A DNA stretch of 64,000 nucleotides from Botryllus schlosseri (taxonomy: Eukaryota). Numbering within the stretch: position 1 is the stretch's first letter; each line of letters starts with the position of its first letter. The position numbers were made by a program, and so were the translations under genes. Shown here piece by piece: positions 50,867 through 64,000 of the stretch. The stretch covers positions 6,326,001 through 6,390,000 of the forward strand of contig CM119371.1 in NCBI GenBank assembly GCA_051294905.1, given 5' to 3'. Under the pieces are notes generated by a model. The model was not told where the DNA came from, ran no database searches, and saw only the letters and a program-made list of their open reading frames with translations.

Positions 50867-51448
50867 TGCACAAAATAGACGGACCCCCAAATGATTGGGT
50901 ATGCGAGACCTCAGTGCTCAGTGCTCAGTTCAGTTTAGTTGTTAGTTGTAGGTCTAATTACCAAGTAGTTTTAATTCTAGTTCGTGATTTTGAAAAGGTT
51001 CTGGTTATAGTTAGAGAAAATTAGCTGCCGATAAACTGAAACTTGAATCAGAAGTAGAAAACGTGTTATCATCTAACGTAAATTGTGATGCCTGTGTTTT
51101 ATTGAGTGATGTGCTTGCAGTGCAGCCATTGCTATAGCTCAGAATATTCACTAGTAACGGTTGAGCAGCTAAGGGGTGGTTTTCGAGGGTCAAAACCCAT
51201 CCCATTTCAAACTTGCACTGATGTTCATTGTTCATGCGGAAAGCCGATTCTAATAAGATAAAGATGAAGTCGATTCAAGATTGAATTGAATCTAAACTTG
51301 TGATTCATAGTTGCGAAGGCAGATATAGTTCAGTCTTTTCTATGGTGTCTAAAAGTGAGTAATTCGAGTTTAGTTTACTCAATTTGAAAATCTAGGCACT
51401 TGTTCGGTACGCCTTCACACATTGGGAAGTGACCCCCATGATCACCAC

Positions 51449-51836
51449 TGTGGGACGCCCTGCGCCCTCTCACGGTTCATACACTTTGTAAGATACAACA
51501 TCATTATGGTACATCGGAACATCGCCCATATCTGTATATCACGTGACTTATATCTTTCTTCTCGCTACCACGTGACTTGCCATTTATCAGCTCGTGCATC
51601 TCATTTTTACAAGCTAGACTCATACGCGATATCCTACTGTATACTCCATACCTATTCGACCAATATATCCATCTGAGGCAATACTGTCGTTGCATCCACG
51701 TTGAAGTTGTCAGATCCAGGACTAACGCAGGAACGTGCGCCTACTACCCTGAGCTAAGTATATCTACCCAGCCACCCATTACGTGGGACTCAGGTTGCAA
51801 CTCTAGCAGGTTATCAGACGCCATATCTGGTCTGCA
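51449..51836 (+). repeat. 5' LTR
   Basis: TGTGGGACGCCC...CTGGTCTGCA; direct repeat of 55749-56136. Confidence 0.95.
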
Positions 51837-54800
51837 TGGTGCCAACTCGTGAGATGATTTCAGCTTCAACGAAGGACGAATCGCCTCCTACAAAATTGGA
51901 CTTACAACTGCTATGGAGCCATCCAGGACTTTTCCAGACTTACACGGTAAACCCGTTTACTTGACTTCGAATTTCGGGAATGCATTTTGCAGTGAGAATG
52001 ATTTATCTTACTTGGCTTTATCGGCTAGCAGCAAATTTCCTCGTTATTGCTCGATTCGTGCTTTCTACATAATTATTTTAGTTGTTTGTGTTTCTGTATT
52101 CAATGCCATGACATTCAGAGAACCAGATTTGAGTGATACTCTGACACTGACAAAACGTTTTTCATCGGTTTCGTTTTTATATTACGGCCTTAAAAACTAT
52201 TATTTGAATCTTAGCGTATGGCTTTCTAACGAAATTATCACATACATTATGCGTCGGGAATTTCACTGTTGGCCGCCCGATAAAATCGCTTCTCTACCCC
52301 GCGAAATCTAATAATAACCACCGATCCACTATTCAATATTTTTATATAGAACTTCACTTTCGCACGATTAGCCTACCTGACTCGTTTACCAAACCATTTG
52401 CTTACAGTTGTTTAATTGTTCAACAACTCCATTTCGATTTTTATTATAAATTTTGCGGTTTTCCTACCCTCATATTACCGCGTAAATCACTACCAATCAC
52501 CGTGGTTATTCACCAATCTGTTTTTGTTCGTTTTGTTATATTCACGGCATTTCCGTGTAACATAACTACCAATCCCATTATGTTAAATTCGGAATATTTC
52601 TTTTAACCTAATTCATACATTGATTATTGTGATTTCATATGTCATTCATGCGACATTGACTTTTGCGCGTATTTGAGCGCTGTCTTTTTTTTACCTACCG
52701 TAACTATACCGTCAATGTGTCTTCGATAAAAATATTGACGCGGCTTTTCGCCCGACTATAGCATAACATTTCACCGGGAGTCTATATGATAATTCCGCGG
52801 CAAAATCGAATCTTTTTAACCGACAGTTTCTATCTCGGCTATGAACTATTAAGATATACCAGTAGCACTGGGAATTGGGATTTTATAATTAACTTTATTT
52901 TTCATAACGTCTCTTCATCTTATCTAATTACGCGTATTCGCATAGCCTCGCTTTTGCTACAACTTCTCATAATGGTTATTTGATTTTAATCACATATTTG
53001 CGTAACTTAAAACTCAGCCTTATGCTGGAATTTGTGAATATGGAATTAATTTCCCAATTTTCTTTAAACATTGACTACCTTACTTTCTTTATACTAGGTC
53101 TTTGACATATTCGCTTACTTCTAATTACCAATACTTAAATAAGGCCTCTTTAACACGGTGACAAATTGTCATTTTTCTTCGTAAATTGCGTCTTTACATA
53201 CTTACCCGCGATAATGTCATCTGAACATACTCAGATTTTACAACCTAGTTACATGCGATTAACGATACATTTATTTTACCCCCAATGCCATTTGGACGCA
53301 ATATTATCTAAACACCCCGTGATTTATTTTGGCCACGGACATTTCCCGTTTTATATATGCTACTCCGACTAGGAAATCAAGAATTGTTTCGGCTTATGTG
53401 TTGCGATCTAAGGCACAAATTTCGACCCGGGGGTATCCGAGTCTTCTCAAAGCGTCGGCCACGGGATTGCATACGCTGGCCCGGAACTTCCGCCCTGATC
53501 AAGCGGTTGGGCGGGGTCAGTGTTGTAATTAGACTCGTGGTCTCCAGCGCTGAGACTCGCGATATTACGAAATCTGATGCTGACGTTCGCACCGCATTCT
53601 GAGTCATTTCTTCGATCAACTAGGAAGTCCGTACTTACAAAAGCGTTACAGTCACTGTATATTATATATATACTTTTAATGTGAAGCACGATTCTTACTT
53701 ACGCAATTGTGCATTAACTGTCGCGACGTGTTTAACGGCACACGTCAATTTATTTCCGGAAACCTTTTTATACCTGGATAGCATATGGCGCGCAGATTCA
53801 GCGATATGTCTGGATTTGTGGTATACCATGCGGTGTACATATCGCTAGGGACTTTTCTTGACATGACTGCGTGTTCGCAGCACTAAATTCGTACATGCCA
53901 TTAGGCTACCTAACAATACACACATTTGTCATGCCTTCGGCTATTGCTATTACATTCTCTTTATAATTTTTACACTATACTTTCACGACTTACTTTGTCA
54001 TATAATTAAATGACGAATTCCCCGCGTTACGCTACGATTACATTCATCTTTACATGCTTTGATGCTAAATATTCCATTACTATACTTTTGAACCGATCAA
54101 AACACCCGGATAACCCGGCATAATTTCCATTCACTTCGAGATTCCGTAAATTTTTATTAACTTCTACTTGAAAGCTCAAATTACTCACAAGGCTTATATA
54201 ACCGCCTTGCGTCGCTCCGTCACGTATGGAATCGATTCAATACTTAGTACTTACGCTCACATTATAGCGTATACTCCCTATCGGTGCAGATTTTCACCAC
54301 CTCATATCTGGTTCACTGACGAACGATGTGTTTTTGTATTTTACTTTCTTTCAATTTGTCATCGCCATTATTGCTATGATATTATGCTAATTACCACCTT
54401 GTGAACTATCATCTTGCTGCCGATATTGCTTATAATGCATTCTAGAATTCGTCGTCGCCTGCCACGGGTCTATCGCGAACCGCCGAAATGCTCTCTACTA
54501 CACAACAATCTCTGCTAAGCCGACGCCGCCCTATCAGACATTACGGGAATTTCAAGTTCCGTATGGCGCTTTGGTAAAACCACGTATTATACGCATTTTA
54601 AAGCCGACTTGAACAGTCGTGAAGAATATTCGCACAGCAGGCGATACGCGTTTTAACCTTGGCGGAGTGAACTAATTGGATCTAAATACAACCCTTAATG
54701 AGCAATGAGCATTGACTGTTAATTATTCCAGGCAGGTTCGCGGCCCCCGGTGCATGGCTTAACTGTATATAAATAATTATTCGGTCTTCCAAAAGACTGA

Positions 54801-55748
54801 TGGACTGTTCACTTTTCAAACGCGGCGAATTTCGTAATCCCTATAGACTCGATTATGATTCATGACTTTTATCTATCTCCCCACGCGGACTTATTAGCAT
54901 TTCAAGATTCATTCGTATAGGCTACCCATTAGCGAATGCGTCAATACGACTGTTCTTGCCGAAAATATATACGGCTCGCATAATTTCGGGCCCCGGTCTT
55001 TGTGACTATTTCAATGGTCGTTAATCTTAATGGTTCAGGAAATTTCCCACAAATCTCGCCATTTTAAGCGGTTTGACTACCAGACCATCATTTAAGTAAT
55101 TTTTTCTATTCAACTCCATTGACTCATAAAAGCAGTCTCTGGTCGCTAGAAAACCCAGACATCAGTTTCCTACTTTCGTTACTTCCTATCTTCTAATACC
55201 TCGTGTTTCGATTACTTTCAAAAGTAGTTTTGACTTTAATATGCTCCCAAACCATACACTAGATTCCGCTTTTAGGATTTTGCATTTACAAATAACATAC
55301 ACTCATTTCGACTTACCACCAATTTGTTCTAGCGTATGACGCATTCGCCATACCTAATGTCAATTCCTTTGTGTACATATTTTTTTCTTCTTTCGTTTAT
55401 TGTTCTTTTAATAAAACACAAAAATTGCCTCAGATATGACCAATTCGCCATTTTGACTATATTTAATCTAACCCTTAACGTGTTATCAATACACTATCTC
55501 ATATATGGTTTCATTGCTATCATGTTGTATAAATATTGCAACATCAGGCTACAATATTGCATTTTAAATTGGTGTTATCGCCTTTCTACCAATACTTTAT
55601 TAACTACACACTTCGGCCTTACCACGTTAAACCACACACTATGTGATATCCGTTGCAATTATTACGTCTCGTAATTGTACTGCTATCCAATGCATGTAAA
55701 TTTCATTTTGTATTGTCGCTATAATCACGCCTTTTTAGCAGGAGGCGA

Positions 55749-56136
55749 TGTGGGACGCCCTGCGCCCTCTCACGGTTCATACACTTTGTAAGATACAACA
55801 TCATTATGGTACATCGGAACATCGCCCATATCTGTATATCACGTGACTTATATCTTTCTTCTCGCTACCACGTGACTTGCCATTTATCAGCTCGTGCATC
55901 TCATTTTTACAAGCTAGACTCATACGCGATATCCTACTGTATACTCCATACCTATTCGACCAATATATCTATCTGAGGCAATACTGTCGTTGCATCCACG
56001 TTGAAGTTGTCAGATCCAGGACTAACGCAGGAACGTGCGCCTACTACCCTGAGCTAAGTATATCTACCCAGCCACCCATTACGTGGGACTCAGGTTGCAA
56101 CTCTAGCAGGTTATCAGACGCCATATCTGGTCTGCA
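55749..56136 (+). repeat. 3' LTR
   Basis: Same length as the 5' LTR; one C/T difference seen by eye (ATATCCATC vs ATATCTATC). Confidence 0.95.
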
Positions 56137-58244
56137 CCACCTATCGGCGTTCCCAAATATACCATGACTGTAGTACGCAAACACGAATGAAATATCTGAC
56201 ACCTTGTCACATTTTTGTTTTTGCGATCGGAAATGATGTATTGTTAGCGCACATTCATAAGGTGCATTGCATTTCACAAACAAAATGCATGTCAATTGTA
56301 TGTTTGTATCGATAAAGAGAGATATCCAGGTGAAGTTATAATCTCACGCAAAACCATAAATGTTGGCATGCTCATGGGAACATTGACTGTTGGTTATCAC
56401 GGGGAACATTTCTCAGTGTGTGGAGTATACCAAGGAAGGTATTGCAGCACGTGCAATTTTGCATAAGTTAGCTAATTTTCAAAATCTTCAAACTGATAAT
56501 TGTTGTAGAAAGCTTGCATCCCCTGAAGTATTGATATTCGTCTCATGTTTTTGCTTAAAGTCGCATTATGATTTGTGTGACAAGAATATAGAGCTACTTG
56601 ATTATGGTCTCTTATGGTTGGTTCCTATATTAATATTTTCACTGATGAAAATGTCACTAGTACCGATGGGCACAATGATTACAGTACCGTACTCGAATGT
56701 AGTATTAATTGCAAAAATTCAAGTTGAGTAGTAAGAGATGATTTCAAGTACGGTACTATAATCATACACTCTTTGATATGATACTAAGAGTTATATTATT
56801 ACTGCCATACATCGGTGATTGAATTTGTTGGAAGTAAAGCAATCAGCTATTGTGAGCTGAATTTCTCTTTTTAAAATGTTTTATCATGTTTCTATCTAAT
56901 TAGGAGGGTCATTACTATTTGAAAATTGGGTTGGTATTTTTCATGCTGCCAAGACAACACTCGTAAAAATAATAAGTGGAAATGCAAATTAATTCATAGC
57001 GAGACTTACAAACAACTACTCACGAGATGGAGATCGTGGGTGACAGCCGTATGTTTATTAGCGCTACAGCAGACTTGACAACTGGACATTCCAGTTGTGT
57101 TATTAGACTAATTAGAGGGAAATGATACGGTATTTATATAATTAAAATCTAATTTGTGAAATGTTAATGTGCTCTACTTCCTATCAAATTCATGCTCTTC
57201 CTGAAAATGCTACAAGAGATCCGTGTTGTGTGAAATCGACTAAGCTCTGTTTACAGACAATTCTTATTCTTGATTTTATGGGTCTGAATTATGATCTTTT
57301 ATGGACTGAGCTTCATGTTTTTGTATTTCTTTGTGATGTGGAATTTTTTATTATTTAATAATTCAAGTTTGAAGCTTTTCCGAATTCAGTAATTCTTATT
57401 TAATTTGGTTCAATTGAGTTATGTGTTGTTCTGAAATTCTTCAACGACAATCATCCTAATATTATTTTGATTTTCAATATCTCATTGAATAGTATGTTCA
57501 TATTGAAATGAACCCGGATATTTTCGGCTGACACTCATCAGGGTTAATTGTCAGCAACTAGTGGAGAATTCAAAAGAACAGAACAGCGTTCTCTACTAGT
57601 TGGTGACGATTACCCCTGACCTGCCATACATTCATTAAAAACGATTTATTCCTTGTATATGTGAATAAATGAGCAAATAATGTATCGATTCAGCAATGCG
57701 GCCCGCCAAGTACTTAAATTCCAGATATCCGGCCCACAGACTGGAGAAGTTGCCTGCCCCTGGTATAAACGGTACATGTCTGAACTTAACACATCTTTCT
57801 TATAGTTATGTCGTCACAATGAAGGATACTCTAATACCCAACTTGACTTGAAGCCTAATACCCGAAACAGATCTACTGATTACAAAAGGGGAACACATGC
57901 TGGCACTACGTTAAACGGTCTAAAATTGGAATGAAACATGTTGAGGTGATATTGAATGGCTCCGGGAATTCTAAAAGTCATATAAATAGCATTTCATTAC
58001 CTATTTTCAAAAATATGGTAAAATGCCATACTAAATTCTTCCATTTCATTTTGATTGCAGAATTTCAAAATAAAATGAGGTCTATAAAAGGAACCAATGT
58101 GGAAACTAGGATTCTCAGGCAGTGTCGACTATGTGTACAGTGCATGCTAAAATCTTGAAGTTTAGTCCTGCCGTCAATTGTACCCAGTGTTGGAATCAAT
58201 TCACCACCTTTGGGTCCTTTTCTATCCACGACAATATGACCATC

Positions 58245-60526
58245 AGGGTTGTCCAAAATTTGGAAAATCTTACAAATCCTCAGTTGTAATGTCTTATTCT
58301 ATAGATTATTGGTAAAAAACGACAATGGGCCAAAAAGTAGCTCACATGAAGGCCGTTAAGATTTTGTGCAAAGCGTTTGAAAGTAGCTGCCGAAGAATGG
58401 GCATGCCACCGACCATATAGCGGCGAGAAGACTAGTAATCACGAAACCACGGCTCTTGATTGGCTAATCGGCTATGCTCCAGTGACCACTGCAGCAGCAG
58501 CAGCTTGCTGATCAGGTGATCAAGGAGTCTGCTACCGGCGGCGATTCTGAAAGCGCACTGTATGTAGGTTGACAGATAATGAATTACGACTGATTCATGG
58601 TATGTTGAGGTACGAAATACATAATGAACAAACAACAGCTACTTCACAAAAACGTCTAAAGAATGACCGCTTTATTGTGAAGGAAACCGCCGTAGCCTAT
58701 ATGCCTTATTTTCAACGAGAGGAAGCATAGGCGCTTATGCAAGAGGTGACCGATTTCTAGTTTTAGAAAGGATATATTAATATTGAATACAAATATAAAG
58801 CTTAACAATTACACGATAATGTGTGTGATCTTATTGGGCTCAGGTTGTAGTACATAGTTAAAGTTTTGAAAGCTGTAAGGATCGGCTGAATCAGCGGGTT
58901 ATAGGCTCAGCACTTATCAGATCCTTTCCTTTCCTTTATACGTCCTTTCCTTTCCGCATACGTTAGTCATCTGCAGTTTAGTTCACCAGAGGACATTGTA
59001 CGCCAAGACAACAAACCTGAATAGTGTTTTGGACACAGTGTTGAAAGCTGATTTTGGTCTCACAAACTTATTCACCGACAGATAGCCTACCCCATATATT
59101 GCTAGAAGCAGAGAATCAATATGGCGATGTCCTGTATATCTGCCATGTTCGCGCATTAAGTCAAGCAGCTATGCTTACACGAGTGTATGAACTGAGAAAC
59201 GAATTAGCAACTTTCCTTGAAAAAACCAACATCGCCGACTCATAATCTTGTCATCGAAGTGGGTATCTAATCTTGCTTTCGTAGTACATTAAACGTCACA
59301 TCTGAACAAATTGAATTTGCAACTTCATGGGGAAATAACTGAATACATGAGATGTTGAGGTGCATTCGAAACAAAACTGCGACTCTGGGAATTACAACCG
59401 TAAAAAAAAAATTATGCTCACTTTCCTATACTGGAGGAGAGTAAACCTGGTACCAGCACTATACATTTGTAACTGTGATAGGAAATTTAATCACTGAATT
59501 GCCACCCGCTTTTACAACATTCGTTCCGTACAAAATAAATTCTGACTATTGCTCAGTACCCCGTTTAATGTGAACGCCAATAGCATTGCCTGGAAATTTC
59601 AAATGGGCCCTTTTGAAATGGGATGCAGTTGAATTGAATGACAAATTTCATACAAAGAGCATATCGCTGCACGACTTTGACAAAGAGTCCGTTATTGAAA
59701 TGGGTCTTTATCCCAGCTTGACCAACAATGCAAAAGAAATGGCATCGTCATTTGGTAGCGCGTACGCATGTGAACAATAGTTTTCAAGAATGAAATTCAC
59801 GAAGAACAAGCTAAGATCACGTATTCCAACGCACATTTAGAATATCGTCTGATTCTTGCTTCATCTGACTTGTTACCAGAAGTTGGAAACCTTTCACAAA
59901 ACGAGCTGAGCCAAGTGTCACATTTATCCTGCGTTGTTGAAGTGTAAATACACGTGTTTTGCCTTTTTGTGATTTGTATGATTGAGATTGCATCAATGTA
60001 GGGCACTATATCGACGTCAGAGTTAAATATAGTATTAAGAAAAAATCCGGCCAGCCAAAAAGTTGTGCACTCGGAATTCGGCCCGTGACTAGCAAAAGGT
60101 TGCCGACCCCTGCTTTAGACGTTTTTGTGAAGCAGCTGTTGTTCGTTCATCATGTATTTCGTACCTCACTATACCCTGAATCAATCCCAAATGATTATAT
60201 GTCAACCTATATACGATGCGCTTTCAGAATCGCCGCCGGTAGCAGACTCCTTGATCAGCTGATCAGCAAGCTGCTGCTGTTGTGGTCATTTAGGCATAGC
60301 CGATTAGCCAATCAAGAGCCGTGGTTTCGTGATTACTAGTCTTCTCGCCGTTCTATGGTCGGTGGCACGCCCATTCTTCGGCAGCTACTTTCGAACGCTG
60401 TGCACGAAATCTTAACGGCCTTCCTGTGAGCTTCTTTTAGGCCCATTGTCGTTTTTTATCAATAATCTAAAGAATAAGACATTACAACGGAGGATTTGTA
60501 AGATTTTCCAAATTTTGGACAACCCT
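58245..60526. mobile_element. MULE-like element with ~415-bp TIRs and a 10-bp TSD
   Basis: Arms 58245-58661 and 60113-60526 are reverse complements; TATGACCATC on both flanks. Confidence 0.9.
58990..60112 (+). pseudogene. 3' fragment of a hAT Charlie/Buster (GTF2IRD2-like) transposase plus its right TIR
   Basis: YGDVLYICHVRALSQAAMLTRVYELRNELATFLEK and ASSFGSAYACEQ*FSRMKFTKNKLRSRI; ends AAAAGGTTGCCGACCCCTG. Confidence 0.85.
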
Positions 60527-61580
60527 TATGACCATCACCAATAAAAGTTTCGGCGAACATGTTAAAATTTATCGTGTTCGTAATAGGTTTAGGGCAGACT
60601 TGGACAACTAGAAAACTTTCAGCCTTTTTAAAGTTAGCTAGCTAGCTACACATATTTTAAATTTCCGAATTAGGTTAGACTTAGACTTACTGATAGTGAA
60701 TTCGTGAAAACTTGGTAGTCGAATCAATTTAATCTCATATCAAATTAGAGTTCATTCTCACATGAGAATGTGTGTGCAGCAAGTTCTCCTCTAGCATTAT
60801 CAATAAAATCAAATGTCAGATAAGAAATAAAATGAGATTTGACAGATTTCACAGATTTGATTGGAATCTGTATTTGAACCAGTGTTGGGATCAAGTCTCT
60901 ACCTTCGAATCATGTCAGGCCAATCGATTTTCGAAGGTGACTCGACTCTAGTCAAGTCAATTCACGATTCAAGTCGGATTGAATTTTCGAAGTATGAGTG
61001 AATGAGTGATGATGAAAAGTCATTACATTTTGCTGACTGTGTGAAATCCAGATTAATTGACCAAAATGACCATTTATCTTGAATCGAATAACGAATATAA
61101 AGTTAACCATACATACAGAAAGGTGTTGTGTTGTATTGCTAAAAAACTGCTAAAAAAATATGTGAGTAACTGTATAGCTACATGCTAGTCTGTTATTATC
61201 AGCCAAAATAGCGGATCGAATACGAAGCTTCGAGATGTTGAAACAAATTGATATGGTACCCCTCATACAGATGCATCTTTGGTGGATTGATACCAGTGCC
61301 TTTCTTGTCGGCAAATCAGTTAAATTAACTTCAAATGAATTTCAACTCGGAGCCTTCAAAACGAGACGGTGACATTTACGGATTTCATAAGAAATCTCCA
61401 CATATCAACGACAGGACTGAGCATAGTGACCCTGATCTTGAGAATTGGCTGCAATTAGTTCGCGTGTAGAAAAATGCTGATAAAGTGGAGTTGTGCATAA
61501 AGAATACCCTGAATGATGAATATCATGCGACATCAACGACTACCGTGGTTTTCCGAATATAGTGCGCCCCCATGTATAAT

Positions 61581-64000
61581 CAGGGTATGGGATGGTATGG
61601 AAGTATGGTATGGTATGGAGCGAAATTTCGGTATGGAATATGGAAAAGTGCAAGTATGGTATGGTATGGAAATTTCCCAAGTATGGTATTGAACGTGCTT
61701 TCCATACTTCCATACTTTGTCAGTTTTGCCAGAACCATGACAATTATCCTACTTTCGCTTTGTCAAATTGATTGCATAGCACATAAAATCGCTCACTGTC
61801 TATGTTCATATTGTTCATATTGCGATTCATGACTCACCCATACCGGTCGACTCCTATTTGAAGACAATAAAGTTTCGCGACGCGCTTATGAATGTAAATA
61901 ATATTATTGATAATTATTTCAATTTAAATAGCATAAAAATGAATGATATTCGACCGCTGTTGCGTTACAATTGCATTTTGCTTATCGTAACTTCCACTAC
62001 GTAAATAACCAATGGAGTTTTAAAATCGTAGACTCTGAGAATGTAGAAGTTACATGAATATTCTGATCAATTTGTTGAACTTGGAAATGATTTTCTGCGC
62101 TTTGGGAGGATGATCACCACACAATATCTATTCGACATAACCATCATTGTAATTAAAAAATATGTAGCTTGTTTTAGAGCGACGTTACGATATGCCAGTC
62201 TACAAAACGCATTCTAATTTCATGAAATCTGGGTATTTCTGATATAATGGACATTTCTGATATAATGTTGGCTAATGAAACTAACGAGTGTGATCCACAG
62301 ATTGGCGGGAAATATAGACATTTGAGGAGCTGTCGCAAAGATTGTAGTGATGAAAAATTATACTTAAAGATATATTCTAATGCAGATGTTTCCAACTGGC
62401 GGGAAATACCCCAATTGTGGGAAATTTAGGGACTTCTGGTTGGGAATAGACACACTTGGAAAACAAATTCTTTACATTATTAACTTCGTTTGTTAAACGT
62501 CTGTATGAAATGCCGATCGTATATATATCTCTGATATTTCTTCGCTCATTTGCAATTCAGAAATTCGTATTATCAGTGCTTCCAATTAGCGAGAATCGAT
62601 TGGACAGCGGCACGCGATCTCCCTCATATAGGTTGCTGTTCATTCGTATGTGAAATGGTGTGATTGAAACCACCTAATTCGTTAAAATAAACGTTCATAT
62701 GCATATAGGTATTCACGGGAGATCGTGGAATCGCTAATTGATAGCATAGCCGGACTCGTTACAGATGAAATGACACATTTCTTACTGCTCGAGCTATAGT
62801 AGCGTGCGACAGTGTAGGTTATGGTGGCTTATATCTACCATACGCATAAGTTCGTCAACACCAGGAAGTTTATCTGACCCATGCAATATATTCGGCATTT
62901 ACTCGATGTAAATTGATGCTGCCTTGGTACATTCGGAAAAATTTCAAACCCTTCCTATTTTTCTGTCGGCTTACCTCACAACATTTCATGTACGGTTACC
63001 AGTTCACTGCTCATTAATTTTATTCCGTGCTGTTCCATTCTGGGGGTCTTAACTTGCACCAGTAGCAAGTCTTCACAAAAGAAAGTATTACTAAATTTTA
63101 TTGGAGGAGCAATTTTAAAGTGTAGAAAGCAGTGGTTCCGAACTGGTGGGGAATTCCCCACTGATGGGGAATTTAATGGATTCTGGTGGGGAATATAGAC
63201 GCATTTGTTAAACATTATATACAGGATAGTTCACATCTTCACGGAGACACATGTGCGATTATGGTTACCAGTTAACTGCTCTGGAATGTATGTGTCGAAA
63301 AGTATATTGCGTGTTGCTCGCAAAAACTCATTACGGTATTTAACTCTATATAACCAATGATGGCGTTATAAACGCATCCAGCACGACCAGTATGACGTGA
63401 AATAACGCTTTCGCTAAATTTTGAGAGTTACCGGTATCGGTTCACAATGCGTATTATGTTGCAGTTAATATGCGATTGTCTTGCGTACTGGTGTGGTTTT
63501 CCAATATCAAGTCCCTGCTAAACTTCTGGCTAAACGTTATCGAGGGACATTTTTAGAGGGTATTCAGGAGTTTTGGGTAGTGGGAAATGAAGACTCGGAA
63601 TAAATCTGAAGTGAGGAATGAAGCCAAAAAGGTTGGGAACCTATCTTATAATTTGACAGTACCTTAGTTTTATGTAATTCTGTAGATGAGGTTACTGCTA
63701 GAAGTGCGTTACCACACCAGATATACATGTCATGAGATTCTGTTTTGATTTCCAAATAATCCCGTGTATATAGGCCTATATTATACGTTCCCATATCGCT
63801 GACGACATATGATATAAAGAAACTGGGGATATAATTGGTGCATCAGGGCTGTTTTAATGGATAATCTCTTCCAAAATAATTAGAATATAAACACCGAACA
63901 TTTCCATACATCAAAAATAGAATAACACTTGAGAGGTTGGTCAAGTTGCGAAAGTATGGAAAAAGTATCAAATATGGTACCGTATGCAAGAATGTTGCTA
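61581..64000. mobile_element. Probable hAT-type element with (GTATG)n subterminal repeats, running off the window
   Basis: CAGGG start followed by GTATGG repeats to ~61715; similar motifs reappear at ~63950-63990. The right end and TSD are not visible. Confidence 0.5.

Larger units (their letters stand above)
47440..50887. mobile_element. Foldback-type TIR element (MULE- or Merlin-like) with nested insertions
   Basis: GGGTCC.TCTATTTTGTGCATGTCGGCTATG arm at 47440-47560 and its inverse at 50428-50887; flanks CCAATGAT / CAAATGAT. Confidence 0.75.
51449..56136 (+). mobile_element. Non-autonomous Ty3/Gypsy-type LTR retrotransposon
   Basis: 388-bp TG...CA LTRs, 4-bp TSD CCAC, PBS-like TGGTGCCAAC at 51837, purine tract AGCAGGAGGCGA at 55737-55748. 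No long ORF inside. Confidence 0.93.

Noticed and set aside
51577..56167. Near-identical ORF pair MPFISSCISF... (51577 and 55877) as duplicated genes
   Set aside because: Chance ORFs within the two LTRs.
58432..60339. Inverted ORF pair ending ...RLANQEPWFRDY
   Set aside because: Both lie in the long TIR arms of the MULE-like element.
62170..63800. Short ORFs inside the terminal (GTATG)n element as a transposase or host gene
   Set aside because: No motif recognised in either strand.

Overview
Eukaryotic, AT-rich animal DNA with GT-AG introns and little CpG depletion. An invertebrate deuterostome such as an ascidian is my guess, not something the sequence proves. Most of the window is transposon debris. 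It holds two 5'-truncated CR1/L2-group LINEs, two tRNA-headed SINEs, a pseudogenised intron-containing PIF/Harbinger element, and a 4.7-kb Gypsy-type LTR element whose LTRs are nearly identical but whose interior is decayed. There are also about 20 non-autonomous TIR elements, mostly hAT-type with 8-bp TSDs, plus MULE-, EnSpm- and foldback-like ones, many nested or composite. The only long intact host-like ORF is a minus-strand array of 22 tandem C2H2 zinc fingers (6585-8480) with an atypical HAGIKN linker; four more in-frame fingers and a duplicated stop lie beyond its stop codon. Largely missed by the ORF track, the window is scattered with spliced but mostly disabled exons of Polo-like kinase (PLK1-type) genes. 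These are clear at 34.1-42.7 kb, with weaker polo-box remnants on both strands elsewhere, suggesting a decaying multi-copy PLK cluster. No prokaryotic systems, CRISPR arrays, rRNA or true tRNA genes were found. All homology calls are by-eye motif recognition; no searches were run.
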